NCBI GenBank assembly: GCA_963678315.1
Contig: OY782781.1
Location: 2,848,001 to 2,912,000, forward strand
From: Candidatus Cloacimonadales bacterium
Lineage (GTDB): Bacteria > Cloacimonadota > Cloacimonadia > Cloacimonadales > JAFGVF01
Reading direction: 5' to 3'
DNA length: 64,000 nucleotides
The position numbers and the translations under genes are program-made. The notes beneath the pieces were generated by a model that saw only the letters and a list, made by a program, of their open reading frames with translations, was not told the DNA's origin and made no database searches. Positions 36,283-46,655 of the stretch are shown here, in pieces (the first letter of the stretch is position 1; each line of letters begins with the position of its first letter).

Positions 36283-38727
36283 ATGAAGAAAGTGATTATT
36301 TTATTTGCTGTGTTGTTGATTATATATGGTTGTAAGGCACAAGCTAACTCAAAAAATCATGTTAACAGTTCAAATGAATCAGCTGAAGTAAAACTAAAAG
36401 AGAATGTTATTAGCTATATTGAGAAAGAAGTAGCTAAAACTGACTTCTCAAAAACAGGTGATGATTGGAATCAAGAGCAGATTAATTCAATAATGTATTA
36501 CAATACTTACCAAGGAAAATCTGTTATTAGCGGTGTTTTAAGAGATCAATTTGATAAAGCAATCCCACAAGTTAACCTAGAACTAGAGACTACTGATGGT
36601 TCATATCATTATGCCATGGGAAATTCAATTACAGCTGAAGACGGCACATTTAAATTCGAGAGTTTAACAGATAACACATACATGCTAAAAGTTTCTGGTA
36701 AATACATTAAAGACTTCGAAACAGAAAATATCGTAATTAAAAATGATAACAAAGCTCAATTAGAACTTTATGCAGAAAAGTATACTGATGATCCAAACAT
36801 AAAAAACACATTGCAAGGTCTAGTTAAATTAAAAGACGGAAAGCTTGCTGATGAATTTGAGATAGAAGTCCGTAATGTTTATGATGATAAAGAATACTCT
36901 GCAAAAACAAATAAGAAAGGTGTCTACTCCTTCGATGATATTGAGATGGGAAAATATTGTCTATCATTCGAACACCCAGCTAATTCAAGGGATTATCGTA
37001 TTGATATTGAAGTAAAAAGTGATATTGTTACTAAACATGACATTAATCTTGATAACTTAGATAATAGATATTATGAGTATGTAGTAGAAACTCTTTCAAA
37101 GACTTGTTCAATGATTAGTTCAAGTATTACACCAATGTCAACAAGTTCTGTTATGTCTATTGGAAATAATGCAATAGCGGGTGGAGCTATAGAGATGTAT
37201 TCCTCTGCTGAGAACATTGGTTTATCAGTTGGAGGAGCTAAGGACATTGATAACTTTAGACAGAATATTAAAAATAATTATATGCCTCAATCCACTGATT
37301 TAACCTATGAAGGCTTATTCTATGATTACTACTTTGATACTGATATAGAAGAGGAAGCAGAGCAACTCTTTGAGCCAAGTTATTCTTCTTCTACTTCCAT
37401 AAATCCTCTGACAAAGGAGAAAGAATATTATCTTAGCCTTGGATTGAATTCTAATATTAAAGAATCTGATTTTGAGAGAAAGAATCTTAACCTTACTGTA
37501 GTTATGGATATATCGGGTTCAATGACTTCATCTTTCAATAACTATTATTATGACAATAGAAGAAATTCTCATTATTCATACAATGAAGAAGATAAAAAGT
37601 ATGAAAACATGTCAAAGATGGAGATTGCTTGCAAGGTTCTAGCTAAAATGACAGAGCACTTAGGTCCTAAAGATAGACTAGCCATAGTCCTTTACAATAA
37701 TGGTTCAGCTTTAGCTAAGCCACTCAATCTAGTTGGAAAAACAGATATGAAAGCAATCAGACAACATATTCTCGCTTTGGAAGCAGATGGTGGTACTAAT
37801 ATGTATGCTGGTATGCAGACAGCTACTAACTTATATAAGGATTTGATCAAAGCTGATAAATCTAAATATGAAAATAGAATCATCTTCTTAACAGATGCTA
37901 TGCCTAATAGAAATATAACAGATGAACATACAATCTGGGGATACTTAAAAGCTAACGCTTCACAAGGATTATATACTTCATTCATCGGCGTAGGCGTTGA
38001 TTTCAATACTGAATTAGTTGAGTATATAACTAAAACTAAAGGAGCAAACTACTATTCTGTTCATAGCTATAGAGACTTCAATAAACGTCTCAATGAAGAA
38101 TTTGATTTTATGGTTACACCCTTAGTATTTGATTTATCCTTGGAATTTGAATCAGATAGCTTTGAAATTGAACAAGTTATCGGTTCTCCTGAAGCTAATA
38201 AGTCAACAGGTTCTATTATGTATGTCAACACTCTTTTCCCTTCTCAAAATGAAGGAGGAAAAAGTAAGGGTGGCTTAGTTCTTCTTAAACTTAAAAAGAA
38301 GAATGGTGATTCAGAGAAAATAAAACTTAAATGTAACTACAAAAATAGAGATGGTAAGTCATTCACTAATAATAAGAAGATAAATACTTTCTCAAACAAG
38401 AAAGGTAACCCACAAGGTATTAGGAAAGGAGTTCTTCTAGCTCGTTATGCAACAATGTTACAAGCATGGATTAAAGGAGAGAAAACTCTCGATGCTAACA
38501 ATGAAACTGAAGAAAATAAAGTTGATGATTGGTCTTATGGTCACAAGAAGACTAAACATCCAGGCTCTAAATGGGAAAGAAGATCACGTAGGTTATTAGT
38601 TGAAGACTACTATAAAGATAAATTTAAAAGTTTTAAACAACACCTCATCTCAGAGAATGATGTTATCAATGATAAGGATCTACAACAAGAAATAGAATTG
38701 TTAGACCTTCTTATCAAGAAAAACTAA
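36283..38727 (+). CDS. VWA-domain lipoprotein with two carboxypeptidase-regulatory-like beta-sandwich domains
   Basis: IYGC lipobox; two SG/QG.(L/V)..TxxxGx(F/Y)xF repeats; MIDAS DISGSM, GGTN, FLTD; ATG 36283 after GGAGG. Confidence 0.8.
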   Translation: MKKVIILFAVLLIIYGCKAQANSKNHVNSSNESAEVKLKENVISYIEKEVAKTDFSKTGDDWNQEQINSIMYYNTYQGKSVISGVLRDQFDKAIPQVNLELETTDGSYHYAMGNSITAEDGTFKFESLTDNTYMLKVSGKYIKDFETENIVIKNDNKAQLELYAEKYTDDPNIKNTLQGLVKLKDGKLADEFEIEVRNVYDDKEYSAKTNKKGVYSFDDIEMGKYCLSFEHPANSRDYRIDIEVKSDIVTKHDINLDNLDNRYYEYVVETLSKTCSMISSSITPMSTSSVMSIGNNAIAGGAIEMYSSAENIGLSVGGAKDIDNFRQNIKNNYMPQSTDLTYEGLFYDYYFDTDIEEEAEQLFEPSYSSSTSINPLTKEKEYYLSLGLNSNIKESDFERKNLNLTVVMDISGSMTSSFNNYYYDNRRNSHYSYNEEDKKYENMSKMEIACKVLAKMTEHLGPKDRLAIVLYNNGSALAKPLNLVGKTDMKAIRQHILALEADGGTNMYAGMQTATNLYKDLIKADKSKYENRIIFLTDAMPNRNITDEHTIWGYLKANASQGLYTSFIGVGVDFNTELVEYITKTKGANYYSVHSYRDFNKRLNEEFDFMVTPLVFDLSLEFESDSFEIEQVIGSPEANKSTGSIMYVNTLFPSQNEGGKSKGGLVLLKLKKKNGDSEKIKLKCNYKNRDGKSFTNNKKINTFSNKKGNPQGIRKGVLLARYATMLQAWIKGEKTLDANNETEENKVDDWSYGHKKTKHPGSKWERRSRRLLVEDYYKDKFKSFKQHLISENDVINDKDLQQEIELLDLLIKKN

Positions 38728-38742
38728 ATTAGTAATTAGTCT

Positions 38743-39110
38743 ATAAACTACCCTGAAAGGTTAAATTATACAAAGCCCATGATTTCAATCATGGGTTATT
38801 GTTAAAATATATTTTTTTAGTCCTGAAGGGACTTATATAATTAATTTTATATTAGAATGGCCTTACCTAGCTTTGAAAAGCTAGGCTTTGGAGAATTAAT
38901 CCTTTCAGGATAAGCTAGCATTTTGATAATACAATAAACTACCCTGAAAGGGTAAATTATACAAAGCCCATGATTTCAATCATGGGTTATTGTTAAAATA
39001 TATCTTTATAGTCCTGTAGGGACTTATAGAATTAATTTTATATTAGAAAGTACCTTCAGCACTTCCTCTAAAAATGTTATGACCTTACCTAGCTTTGAAA
39101 AGCTAGGCTC
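38743..39110. repeat. Tandemly duplicated REP-like composite element (period 191 bp)
   Basis: ATAAACTACCCTGAAAGG...GCCCATGATTTCAATCATGGG...GTCCTG.AGGGAC at 38743 and 38934; CCTAGCTTTGAAAAGCTAGG at about 38866 and 39088. Confidence 0.85.
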
Positions 39111-39419
39111 TTGTCCAACAGATTTAACTAATCTAGATGATGCTTGTTGTAATTGTTCTTGCTGATTCTTACTTAAAATGTTATCCATATCAATCAAGCA
39201 ATATACAAGATCTGTACCATCATTCTTGATAAGTTCCTTGGCTTTCTTGAATATTTGCTTATAAGAGGAGTTTTGGGGTAGTTGCGGTTTAACTTTGAAG
39301 GAGTATCTCATGTAATTCTTCAAGCTAATAAAATACTCTTGTTCAGTAATTCCCTCACCAATAATTGCTATACTTGATCTCAGTTTTCTAGGAATCCTAC
39401 ACTTTCTTGCCATCATCAT
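39024..39419 (-). pseudogene. rloB: RloB-like protein, probably 3'-truncated
   Basis: IAIIGEGITEQEYF and VYCLIDMD Toprim-like motifs; last ~28 codons read through the REP repeat; no C-terminal SNPCFE-type motif. Confidence 0.7.
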
Positions 39420-40707
39420 CTCCTAGAGCAACTAATGTTGAGCCAAGATTCGGAACAGCTCCTAACTTGCCTGATTTATATGCTTTCAAATAGCTCATAT
39501 TTTTTCTTAAATCAGAGAAATCTGCAAGTGAATATAAATCTGTTGAACCATCTCTTTGCTTATCAGTAAACCAAACAACATCTTTTCGTATCTCATCCGT
39601 ATCTGAAATAAAATCTATATTATGAGTAGTAACTATCAATTGAGACTCTGCTGAGTTTCGTAGGAAAGTATTTATGAAATGTCTTACTAAATCAGGATGT
39701 AGGCTTCCTTCTATTTCATCAATCGCCAATATATGATTTTCAATGATTAACTTACTGAGGATACCACCTAATTCAAAGTATCTTTTCGTACCATCTGATT
39801 CAGCTTCAAAGTTAAGGCTAAAGATTCCTTCTTTACCATGGTTATCAGTTTTGTGAATCATTATTAACTCTACTGTAGAAGGTTTACCATCATCTATTAC
39901 TTTTCTTTTAATATTAGCTGGAATAATGCTATTAACAATTACATCATTCAATTGATCACTAGCGGTATTTTCTTCTCTGTTGATAATTATATCACTTATA
40001 TTAAAGTCAGCTTTCTTCAAAAGATTTATGATATTCTTTTTATGGCTTGTATTCTCGTCAACACCTTGCATTGCCCAGCTTCTTAGGTCTGAGCTTTGTT
40101 TAACCATAGGCATTAAGAAATTTCTAAACCAATCAACAACATTCTGTAAAACAGGTGCCTTAACCTTAGTTACCTGCAAAGCTGATAATAAAGTCATTGT
40201 TTTTACTGTATTAGAATCTAAGGCATCTCTATCTTTCTTCACAAGCTTGACAGTCTTATGCGTGCCAAAATCAATCTTATCACCTCTTCTTTTGAATACT
40301 TCGACAGGTTGGCCCTTTGGATAGTAGTTGAGCTTTTCTTCTAGAATTTGCTCCTTATTCAAAATAAGAGAATAATGGTGTTTAACATTTCCAACAAAGA
40401 AGATAATTTCAAATTCACCTGGCATATCTCTTGTATCAGGATCAAATAAGAAAGGAGTAAAATCTGTATTTTCATCTAATCTTTTTGGATAGATTGTTTT
40501 TTGTTTTAGAAAGTCTAAAGCTCTAAGAATATTAGTCTTTCCTGAAGCATTTGAGCCAATCAGGACACCCAGCTTAAGTATTCTTGTTTTCTCATTAATC
40601 TTATAACAGTAATACTCTTCAAGTGTCTTATCTTTAGTAGCTTCAAAAGACAAAGTCATCTTCTCTTTATATGATAAGAAATTCTTTACAGAAAACTCTA
40701 ATAACAT
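39397..40707 (-). CDS. RloA/AbiEii-like AAA ATPase (AAA_21)
   Basis: MLLEFSVKNFLSY, GSNASGKTN, ESDGTKR, IDEIEGSLHP, QLIVTTHN, Y..GKLGAVP. Confidence 0.88.
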   Translation of the reverse strand: MLLEFSVKNFLSYKEKMTLSFEATKDKTLEEYYCYKINEKTRILKLGVLIGSNASGKTNILRALDFLKQKTIYPKRLDENTDFTPFLFDPDTRDMPGEFEIIFFVGNVKHHYSLILNKEQILEEKLNYYPKGQPVEVFKRRGDKIDFGTHKTVKLVKKDRDALDSNTVKTMTLLSALQVTKVKAPVLQNVVDWFRNFLMPMVKQSSDLRSWAMQGVDENTSHKKNIINLLKKADFNISDIIINREENTASDQLNDVIVNSIIPANIKRKVIDDGKPSTVELIMIHKTDNHGKEGIFSLNFEAESDGTKRYFELGGILSKLIIENHILAIDEIEGSLHPDLVRHFINTFLRNSAESQLIVTTHNIDFISDTDEIRKDVVWFTDKQRDGSTDLYSLADFSDLRKNMSYLKAYKSGKLGAVPNLGSTLVALGDDDGKKV

Positions 40708-40920
40708 ACTTTCTCCTAATTATTAGTTTGATTTATGTAGCTTTTCTACAAAATAAACAAATAAATAATGCTGTCAATAGATAATTTATTCACGCTGAGG
40801 ACAAGCTGGAAGCTTGTGCACCCATAATTTATTGGAGTGTAAGCATCCACCGATAGGTTGAACGTAGTTCATGCTTACGCAAAGATGGTCGCTGTATGAG
40901 TAGAATAATCACACCCTTAC

Positions 40921-40943
40921 GGGCGTATGCCATACGCCCCTAC
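40921..40943 (-). repeat. GTAG-type REP palindrome
   Basis: Minus strand GTAGGGGCGTATGGCATACGCCC; further hairpin AGACCTTC-TTCG-GAAGGTCT at 40985-41004. Confidence 0.7.
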
Positions 40944-41026
40944 ATTAAGCAAAAACAAAGAGCTTTGGCTTTGTTAAGGCTCTCAGACCTTCTTCGGAAG
41001 GTCTTATTTTTCTATCACAATTGGGG

Positions 41027-42067
41027 TTACATCTTCCTATAGATATATTCAATTGAAAACTTCTCTAAGCCATCCTTCCTCATTTTGTTAAGAGTATTTG
41101 AACCGATAACGCCATCAGCTGTTAAATCATTATCTCTTTGATATTGCATTAGGGCAGACTTCAACACAGAATCAAAAATGCAATCAATATCAGATGAATA
41201 ATAGCCCTTTTCTTTTAAGAATTCTTTTATTTTTTTAATGTTTTCAGACAAATCATCTACCTGTAAATATCGTCTATTAGTTACGACTGATAAAGGCATT
41301 TTATATTTATCGAATAGCTTTTCGCCAAAGGCAAGATTCTTCCAAAAGCTCCTTAATTTATCAGGAGAATATTTCTTATGATGCATATAGTTTTCGCTGT
41401 ATTCAGTAATTTCATTCTCGCTTTTATCGGCAGACCTAAAAGGGAAAATATGATATTGAATTTTACCGTATTTTGATGAATCATGGTGTCTAGAAAAGGC
41501 ATACACTGGAATAAAGTTCTTGTTTTGGAAAGAAACACAACCTATAGATACACAATTTCCATGGACACATATAGCACCACCGGTATTGCTAAAACCAGCT
41601 GTACTGGTATGTCTTTGATCAATTTGATTTGGATAATTCAGACAGATTCTAAAAGCTGAACCTTTTCCAACTTCTCCTGATTGACCTATATTATTGAGGT
41701 CCATCCACATAAACCAGTTACTACTATAATAGGCGAAATTACCATAATAAAATCCCTCAGGTGTTTTAGAATCTCCTTCTTTCAACTTAGGACCAGGCTC
41801 AAAGTCCATGGAACAAATAGGTAAAGTTAATATTAAAGACAAGCTATCTTGCTTTGCATCTTTAGACCATATTTCACACTCTCTCTCCTGCTTGAACACT
41901 CTAATAACTGTACAGTCAGGAGGATAGCTAATTTTCTTTTCAATATTAGGATGATTCTTTAAGGTTATAGAGTCCACAAGAGTCAAAATATCACTTGCTT
42001 TAGTGATGTTTTGAGAAAATAAACAAGCTGAATAAAACAAAGTGAACAATAAAATTATTTTTTTCAT
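41027..42067 (-). CDS. YkuD-family L,D-transpeptidase-like protein (YafK/DpaA type) with C-terminal peptidoglycan-binding domain
   Basis: Signal peptide; IRVFKQE, GPKLKEGDSKTPEGFY, LNYPN, GGAICVHGNCVSIGC; YQRDNDLTADGVIG. Confidence 0.85.
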   Translation of the reverse strand: MKKIILLFTLFYSACLFSQNITKASDILTLVDSITLKNHPNIEKKISYPPDCTVIRVFKQERECEIWSKDAKQDSLSLILTLPICSMDFEPGPKLKEGDSKTPEGFYYGNFAYYSSNWFMWMDLNNIGQSGEVGKGSAFRICLNYPNQIDQRHTSTAGFSNTGGAICVHGNCVSIGCVSFQNKNFIPVYAFSRHHDSSKYGKIQYHIFPFRSADKSENEITEYSENYMHHKKYSPDKLRSFWKNLAFGEKLFDKYKMPLSVVTNRRYLQVDDLSENIKKIKEFLKEKGYYSSDIDCIFDSVLKSALMQYQRDNDLTADGVIGSNTLNKMRKDGLEKFSIEYIYRKM

Positions 42068-42135
42068 AAGTCCTCGCTAAAAATCTTAGATTAGTTGATT
42101 AGTTTCTTTAAAAGCTGTTAACTCATTTACTATCC

Positions 42136-44166
42136 TTACTCATCTTTTTGTTCCACCTTCAAGTAGGTCACTTCGAATCTTTTGCATTTACGATATTCTT
42201 GCATTTTATTCTCTAGTGAGAAGGCATCGTTCATTTCATAGTGTTGGAATATATCGAGCCCTCTATCTAGTTTAATTTTCCAGCCATTATTGAGGACGAT
42301 TGATCTAGCGTGAATGGTATTAGTATCGTCATAATCCCAGGTGAAGAAGATACCTATGTTAGAGAAAGTTCCTCTAATTTTACCTAGGTAGTCATCTTGT
42401 TGGAAAGGTTTATGGTCATCTTCGCCAGTAACAAGGTGAATATATATTTCATCTGCTTCATTTTTAATTGAGGCTAGCATTTCGATAAATTCCATGAGGT
42501 TTCTAATTTGTGGAAAGTTTCTGATATAGGGGTCAGTTATCTCTATTTTACTAGCACCTTGCAGGTATTTTCCAAAGAGTTTATTGTAGGAGACACCTGT
42601 TTGATTTTCTTCAACAATAATTTCACCAGTTTCCAGTTGAACTTTAAATGTTTCTTTACATGGAGCTGCTACAGGAGCTTGAGCGAGTGTTTCATGCTCT
42701 TCCTCTTCAACAGGGAAATATTGTGGGTATGTTTTTTCTTCTAGGGTTTTAACAAATTTCCTGACATTATTATCTACATATTCAAATTTCACATTAGTAT
42801 AGGTTTTGTCGATTCTCATGAGGTGTTGCTTAACTCTTTTTCTTCCTTCCATGGCAAAGATGAGCAATTCTTCCATTTCATCCTTACTTGCCTGTTTGTG
42901 GGGGTAAAGAATCTTCATCAAGCCTGAGAAAGTTTTTTTAATAGCATCTTTATCTCTAGTAGAGAGAGAATCAGAGAGGGCGAAGTGTTCTTCATAGAGG
43001 TTGGTATAATCGCTATTACGAAGGAATCTAAGAATTTCCGCAAGATAATCAACCACAAAGCCGTAACCATTAGAGAATAGTTCAGAGCGAATAATATCTA
43101 CTTCCCAGCCAGGAATATAGAAGTGTAGTCTATCAAGGAAAGCAGAATCATAGTATTGTTCAGGTAGCTCATCAAAGAGGTCACCATGTTTGAGCATATA
43201 AGGTAGATTATGGCTAGTATTGCCTATAAATGCTAAAGAAGCTTCAGCTCCTAGAGTTTCAATACCTCGAGAGAAGGTCTTGTTTGCCATATAGTTTTTG
43301 AGAATATCTACCAGTGCTTTATTGGCTTTTTTCTTTCTGCCAGCAAATTCATCAAAAGCGATTACATCCCAGTAGCCCACAAGTCCTATTTTACCTGATG
43401 AGTTATTAACAAATAGTTTAGGAACAGTCACTTCCCCACCAGAGATTAGCATACCGTGAGGTGAAAACTCTGAATAGATATGGGATTTACCAGTACCTTT
43501 AGCACCTAGTTCTATCAGGTTATAATTTCTTTCGCAGAAAGGAATCATTCTGACTAAGGCTAAGAGTTTATTTCTTCTAGATAGTTTAGAAGGTTCAAAA
43601 CCAATACTTTGAATTAGGAGGTCTATCCATTCATCAGTAGAGAATTTTTCTCTTTTTTGCAGGTAGGATTCAAAGTCGAAGTTAGAAAGTTGGATAGGTT
43701 TCAGCTTTGCCATTTGCCAAGGAGAAACTCTTTTATCATCTTGGTGTGAATACTCCATATCGACCATACACCAGACTCCAGATACCAGAAGTTTAGGATG
43801 ATTCTTAACTGTTGCAGGGTCAACTATAACTCCTTTGATACCTAGATTAGAAAAAGAAGCTTCATAGCAATCATCTTTATCATTGAGGCTTACAGACACC
43901 TTATCTATTATTTTGTGTCTTCCTTTTTGTTCTATAATTGCTTTAATCAAGCCAGCTTCGTTTCTATGAACATAATGTTTACTTAATATTTCTTTTACTG
44001 TTTCAATCCCAGATTGAATATTATCTTCATCGTCAGAGGCACAGTATTGTCCAAGTAGATATTCTAATACATAGGTAGGAACTATGGCATTGCCTTTTAT
44101 CTTCTTAGCAAGATCTTTACGAACAACTAAGCCTTCAAAATTTTCATTTATCATTTTATCTAACAT
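42136..44166 (-). CDS. brxL: BREX BrxL variant (MCM-like ATPase with C-terminal PLD/MIT_C-like domain)
   Basis: VPTYVLEYLLGQYC, ELGAKGTGKSH, VIAFDE, SAFLDRLH.YIPGWE; C-terminal ITDPYIR and IHARSIVLNNGWKIKLDRGLD. Confidence 0.88.
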   Translation of the reverse strand: MLDKMINENFEGLVVRKDLAKKIKGNAIVPTYVLEYLLGQYCASDDEDNIQSGIETVKEILSKHYVHRNEAGLIKAIIEQKGRHKIIDKVSVSLNDKDDCYEASFSNLGIKGVIVDPATVKNHPKLLVSGVWCMVDMEYSHQDDKRVSPWQMAKLKPIQLSNFDFESYLQKREKFSTDEWIDLLIQSIGFEPSKLSRRNKLLALVRMIPFCERNYNLIELGAKGTGKSHIYSEFSPHGMLISGGEVTVPKLFVNNSSGKIGLVGYWDVIAFDEFAGRKKKANKALVDILKNYMANKTFSRGIETLGAEASLAFIGNTSHNLPYMLKHGDLFDELPEQYYDSAFLDRLHFYIPGWEVDIIRSELFSNGYGFVVDYLAEILRFLRNSDYTNLYEEHFALSDSLSTRDKDAIKKTFSGLMKILYPHKQASKDEMEELLIFAMEGRKRVKQHLMRIDKTYTNVKFEYVDNNVRKFVKTLEEKTYPQYFPVEEEEHETLAQAPVAAPCKETFKVQLETGEIIVEENQTGVSYNKLFGKYLQGASKIEITDPYIRNFPQIRNLMEFIEMLASIKNEADEIYIHLVTGEDDHKPFQQDDYLGKIRGTFSNIGIFFTWDYDDTNTIHARSIVLNNGWKIKLDRGLDIFQHYEMNDAFSLENKMQEYRKCKRFEVTYLKVEQKDE

Positions 44167-44174
44167 TTATTCTC

Positions 44175-46655
44175 CTAGAAATCTGCAAAGATAGATATCT
44201 TCAATAGGTATGGATAAGATTTATAGTCAACATACTTATTAGTGTCGCTCATCTTATTTTTTAGTTTCAAATATACAGTTTGATTGTTGTAGTCATTTGC
44301 TTTATCATTGAGGATTAATTTTACCTTAGTTTCCCTCTCTCTTGACAGTTGAGCATTAGAGTTAAAAGTCAATTCATGCACATCAGAGATAAGTTCATCT
44401 TGGTCTGAATAGAGTCCTAGAGTCAAGAACCTAGCTTTAATCTTTTCTGTAACAGCTTGGCTTTGGTAGATAGTTACACTTACCTGTCCTGTTGTTATTG
44501 AATTATTACTTTTTTGTAGAAGGTCAACTTCAACCTGAGAAACATCATCTTTACGACCTGGCTTGCTTATCCTAACAATAGGAATAATAAGCTCTTGTAG
44601 AGAAGCTCCCCCATGCACATACCTAGAACCAGAACCTTGCACTCTCAATTTATTGATAGATTTGGCTACTAGTATTTGCAAGCCTGAACCAATGTTAAGT
44701 TGTTCCGATGTAAACTTCATCATGTTTGGACTTTCCGGAAGTTTCTTGCCTATCACAAATCGTCTATTCTTGTTAATATCTTGACCCTTGATATCAATAT
44801 CCAAGAAGTCACTCTCATCAACTTTACTATCTTGATATAAGAAACCATGGTCTGCTGTTATCATGAAGTTAGTTATTCTATTTCCTCCACCAATCTTTTT
44901 GACTAGTCCTGTCAATTGCTCCAATGTCTTTTCTACAGCTTGAGGAAGTTGAGCTTCACTTACAAGCTTATCTCCTGTAGCATCTATGACATTATGATAG
45001 ATATAGATTAGTTTATGGTCTACACACAATTGTTTTATCTCATCTCCACTCTTGCTCATAATATCTTCATAGTTAAAGGCTATTGAATTCTCAACTTGAC
45101 TTTGAAGTATCTTGTTTCTATTATCTAAGCCGAGAGAAGACCTGCCATCTACTTCAACATTACTAAGGCTTTTGCTATCAAGGCATAGTTGTTCATGTGG
45201 TAGTAGGCTAGCCATACCCAGTTGCGTATAAGAAGGTAAGCTAGCAAGCATCATTTGTATATTGCCAATATATCTGTTTTCAGAAGTAATTCTAGTAAGT
45301 AATTCTTGCCCTACCTCATAACGCATAGCATCTGAAATAATCACCACTAATTTACTTGTTTTGAGTTTAGATTCTACAGCTAACTTATAGAAATCACTTT
45401 GTCTGATATATTCAGTCTTCTGCTCAATATCAAAGTATTCTTGCCACTTATTGTTTAGGTCTAAAAGGAAGTTATTGGAATATAGTCTTTCTATCTTCTC
45501 AAAAAGAGCAAGCAGACTAGAATTACTATTAGTCTTTTTAAAGTGATAAGAGAACTGCCTATAATCTTGGTCTATTTGATAGTAAGTAGTCATATACTTA
45601 GTCATCATATCAGCCATAGAATCAACTTGCAGGTCTAGCAAGCCTAATTTTTCTAAAAAGACAGCTCCTATCTGGATAGTCTTATAAACATTCTCGAAAT
45701 CACTATACCAGAAGCTAGATTGTCTTTTAGAAATAATATTTCCAAGATCTTTTTGATTTATGCTCTCATGCAGTATAGCATCTATCAGATAGCCTATAAT
45801 AGCCTTATCTATATCTTGATAGATATCTAATTTTTCTAGCTTATTAATATCAATCTTATGGACTTTTTCACTAATAGAATATTGCTTAGCAAAGTCTTGG
45901 GATAGCTTAATAAAGGCTTGTCTATTCTTTCGGTTGTCTTTAAAGTTATTAAAAAAGGCTATAGCTGTAATAAATAGCGAGTCTCTATCCTCTGTGCTAT
46001 TAGTCCACATATTATCGAAAAGTTCAGCTATAAAGTCTTTTATACTTGGTTTTTTACTTTCATAGCCATAAGATCTACGTGCAAAGTCCCATAATTCACT
46101 TTCCAGACTAGATTTAACAATTAAGTTATATTTACTGTACTTATCATAGCCATATTCTTTTATCAATTCTGTTAAGATAGAAGCTATATCAGCATTAGTA
46201 TTTGCACATATTGCTAGCATCTTAAGATGTATATCAGCTACTCCATCAGCAGGATCAACTATATTTTTCAGAGCCTGCCTTCGCTTGTCAGAATTCAAGA
46301 AGTATTCTCTTGATTTTAGTATTCCTTGCATCAACTGGTTATTATGAAATTCACTCAACATTAGACCTAACTTATCAGCAGAGAAAAGGCCTTCAGCTAA
46401 TTGCACATCTAAGAGCCAATTATCTTTATCTGCTTTTTGTTCATAAGGAAAGTATAATAAGAACTTATCTTTCGCCTTTTCCTTGAGAATCCTATATTTA
46501 ACCTGAAATTCATTATTATTTATCTCAATCTTGCTTACTTGTGAGATTTCCAGTTGATTAAAGAAATCAGTAAATTCCTGCTTGCCATCATACCAGAAGA
46601 TTATCCTAGTCTCTTTAAATCTATCTTCTAAATGTTTTTTTATCTTTTCATTCAT
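44175..46655 (-). CDS. pglZ: BREX-1 phosphatase/nuclease PglZ
   Basis: RIIFWYD, VIISDAMRYE, LPSYTQLGMASLLPH, YIYHNVID..GD, ITADHGF, YVHGGASLQE. Confidence 0.95.
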   Translation of the reverse strand: MNEKIKKHLEDRFKETRIIFWYDGKQEFTDFFNQLEISQVSKIEINNNEFQVKYRILKEKAKDKFLLYFPYEQKADKDNWLLDVQLAEGLFSADKLGLMLSEFHNNQLMQGILKSREYFLNSDKRRQALKNIVDPADGVADIHLKMLAICANTNADIASILTELIKEYGYDKYSKYNLIVKSSLESELWDFARRSYGYESKKPSIKDFIAELFDNMWTNSTEDRDSLFITAIAFFNNFKDNRKNRQAFIKLSQDFAKQYSISEKVHKIDINKLEKLDIYQDIDKAIIGYLIDAILHESINQKDLGNIISKRQSSFWYSDFENVYKTIQIGAVFLEKLGLLDLQVDSMADMMTKYMTTYYQIDQDYRQFSYHFKKTNSNSSLLALFEKIERLYSNNFLLDLNNKWQEYFDIEQKTEYIRQSDFYKLAVESKLKTSKLVVIISDAMRYEVGQELLTRITSENRYIGNIQMMLASLPSYTQLGMASLLPHEQLCLDSKSLSNVEVDGRSSLGLDNRNKILQSQVENSIAFNYEDIMSKSGDEIKQLCVDHKLIYIYHNVIDATGDKLVSEAQLPQAVEKTLEQLTGLVKKIGGGNRITNFMITADHGFLYQDSKVDESDFLDIDIKGQDINKNRRFVIGKKLPESPNMMKFTSEQLNIGSGLQILVAKSINKLRVQGSGSRYVHGGASLQELIIPIVRISKPGRKDDVSQVEVDLLQKSNNSITTGQVSVTIYQSQAVTEKIKARFLTLGLYSDQDELISDVHELTFNSNAQLSRERETKVKLILNDKANDYNNQTVYLKLKNKMSDTNKYVDYKSYPYLLKISIFADF

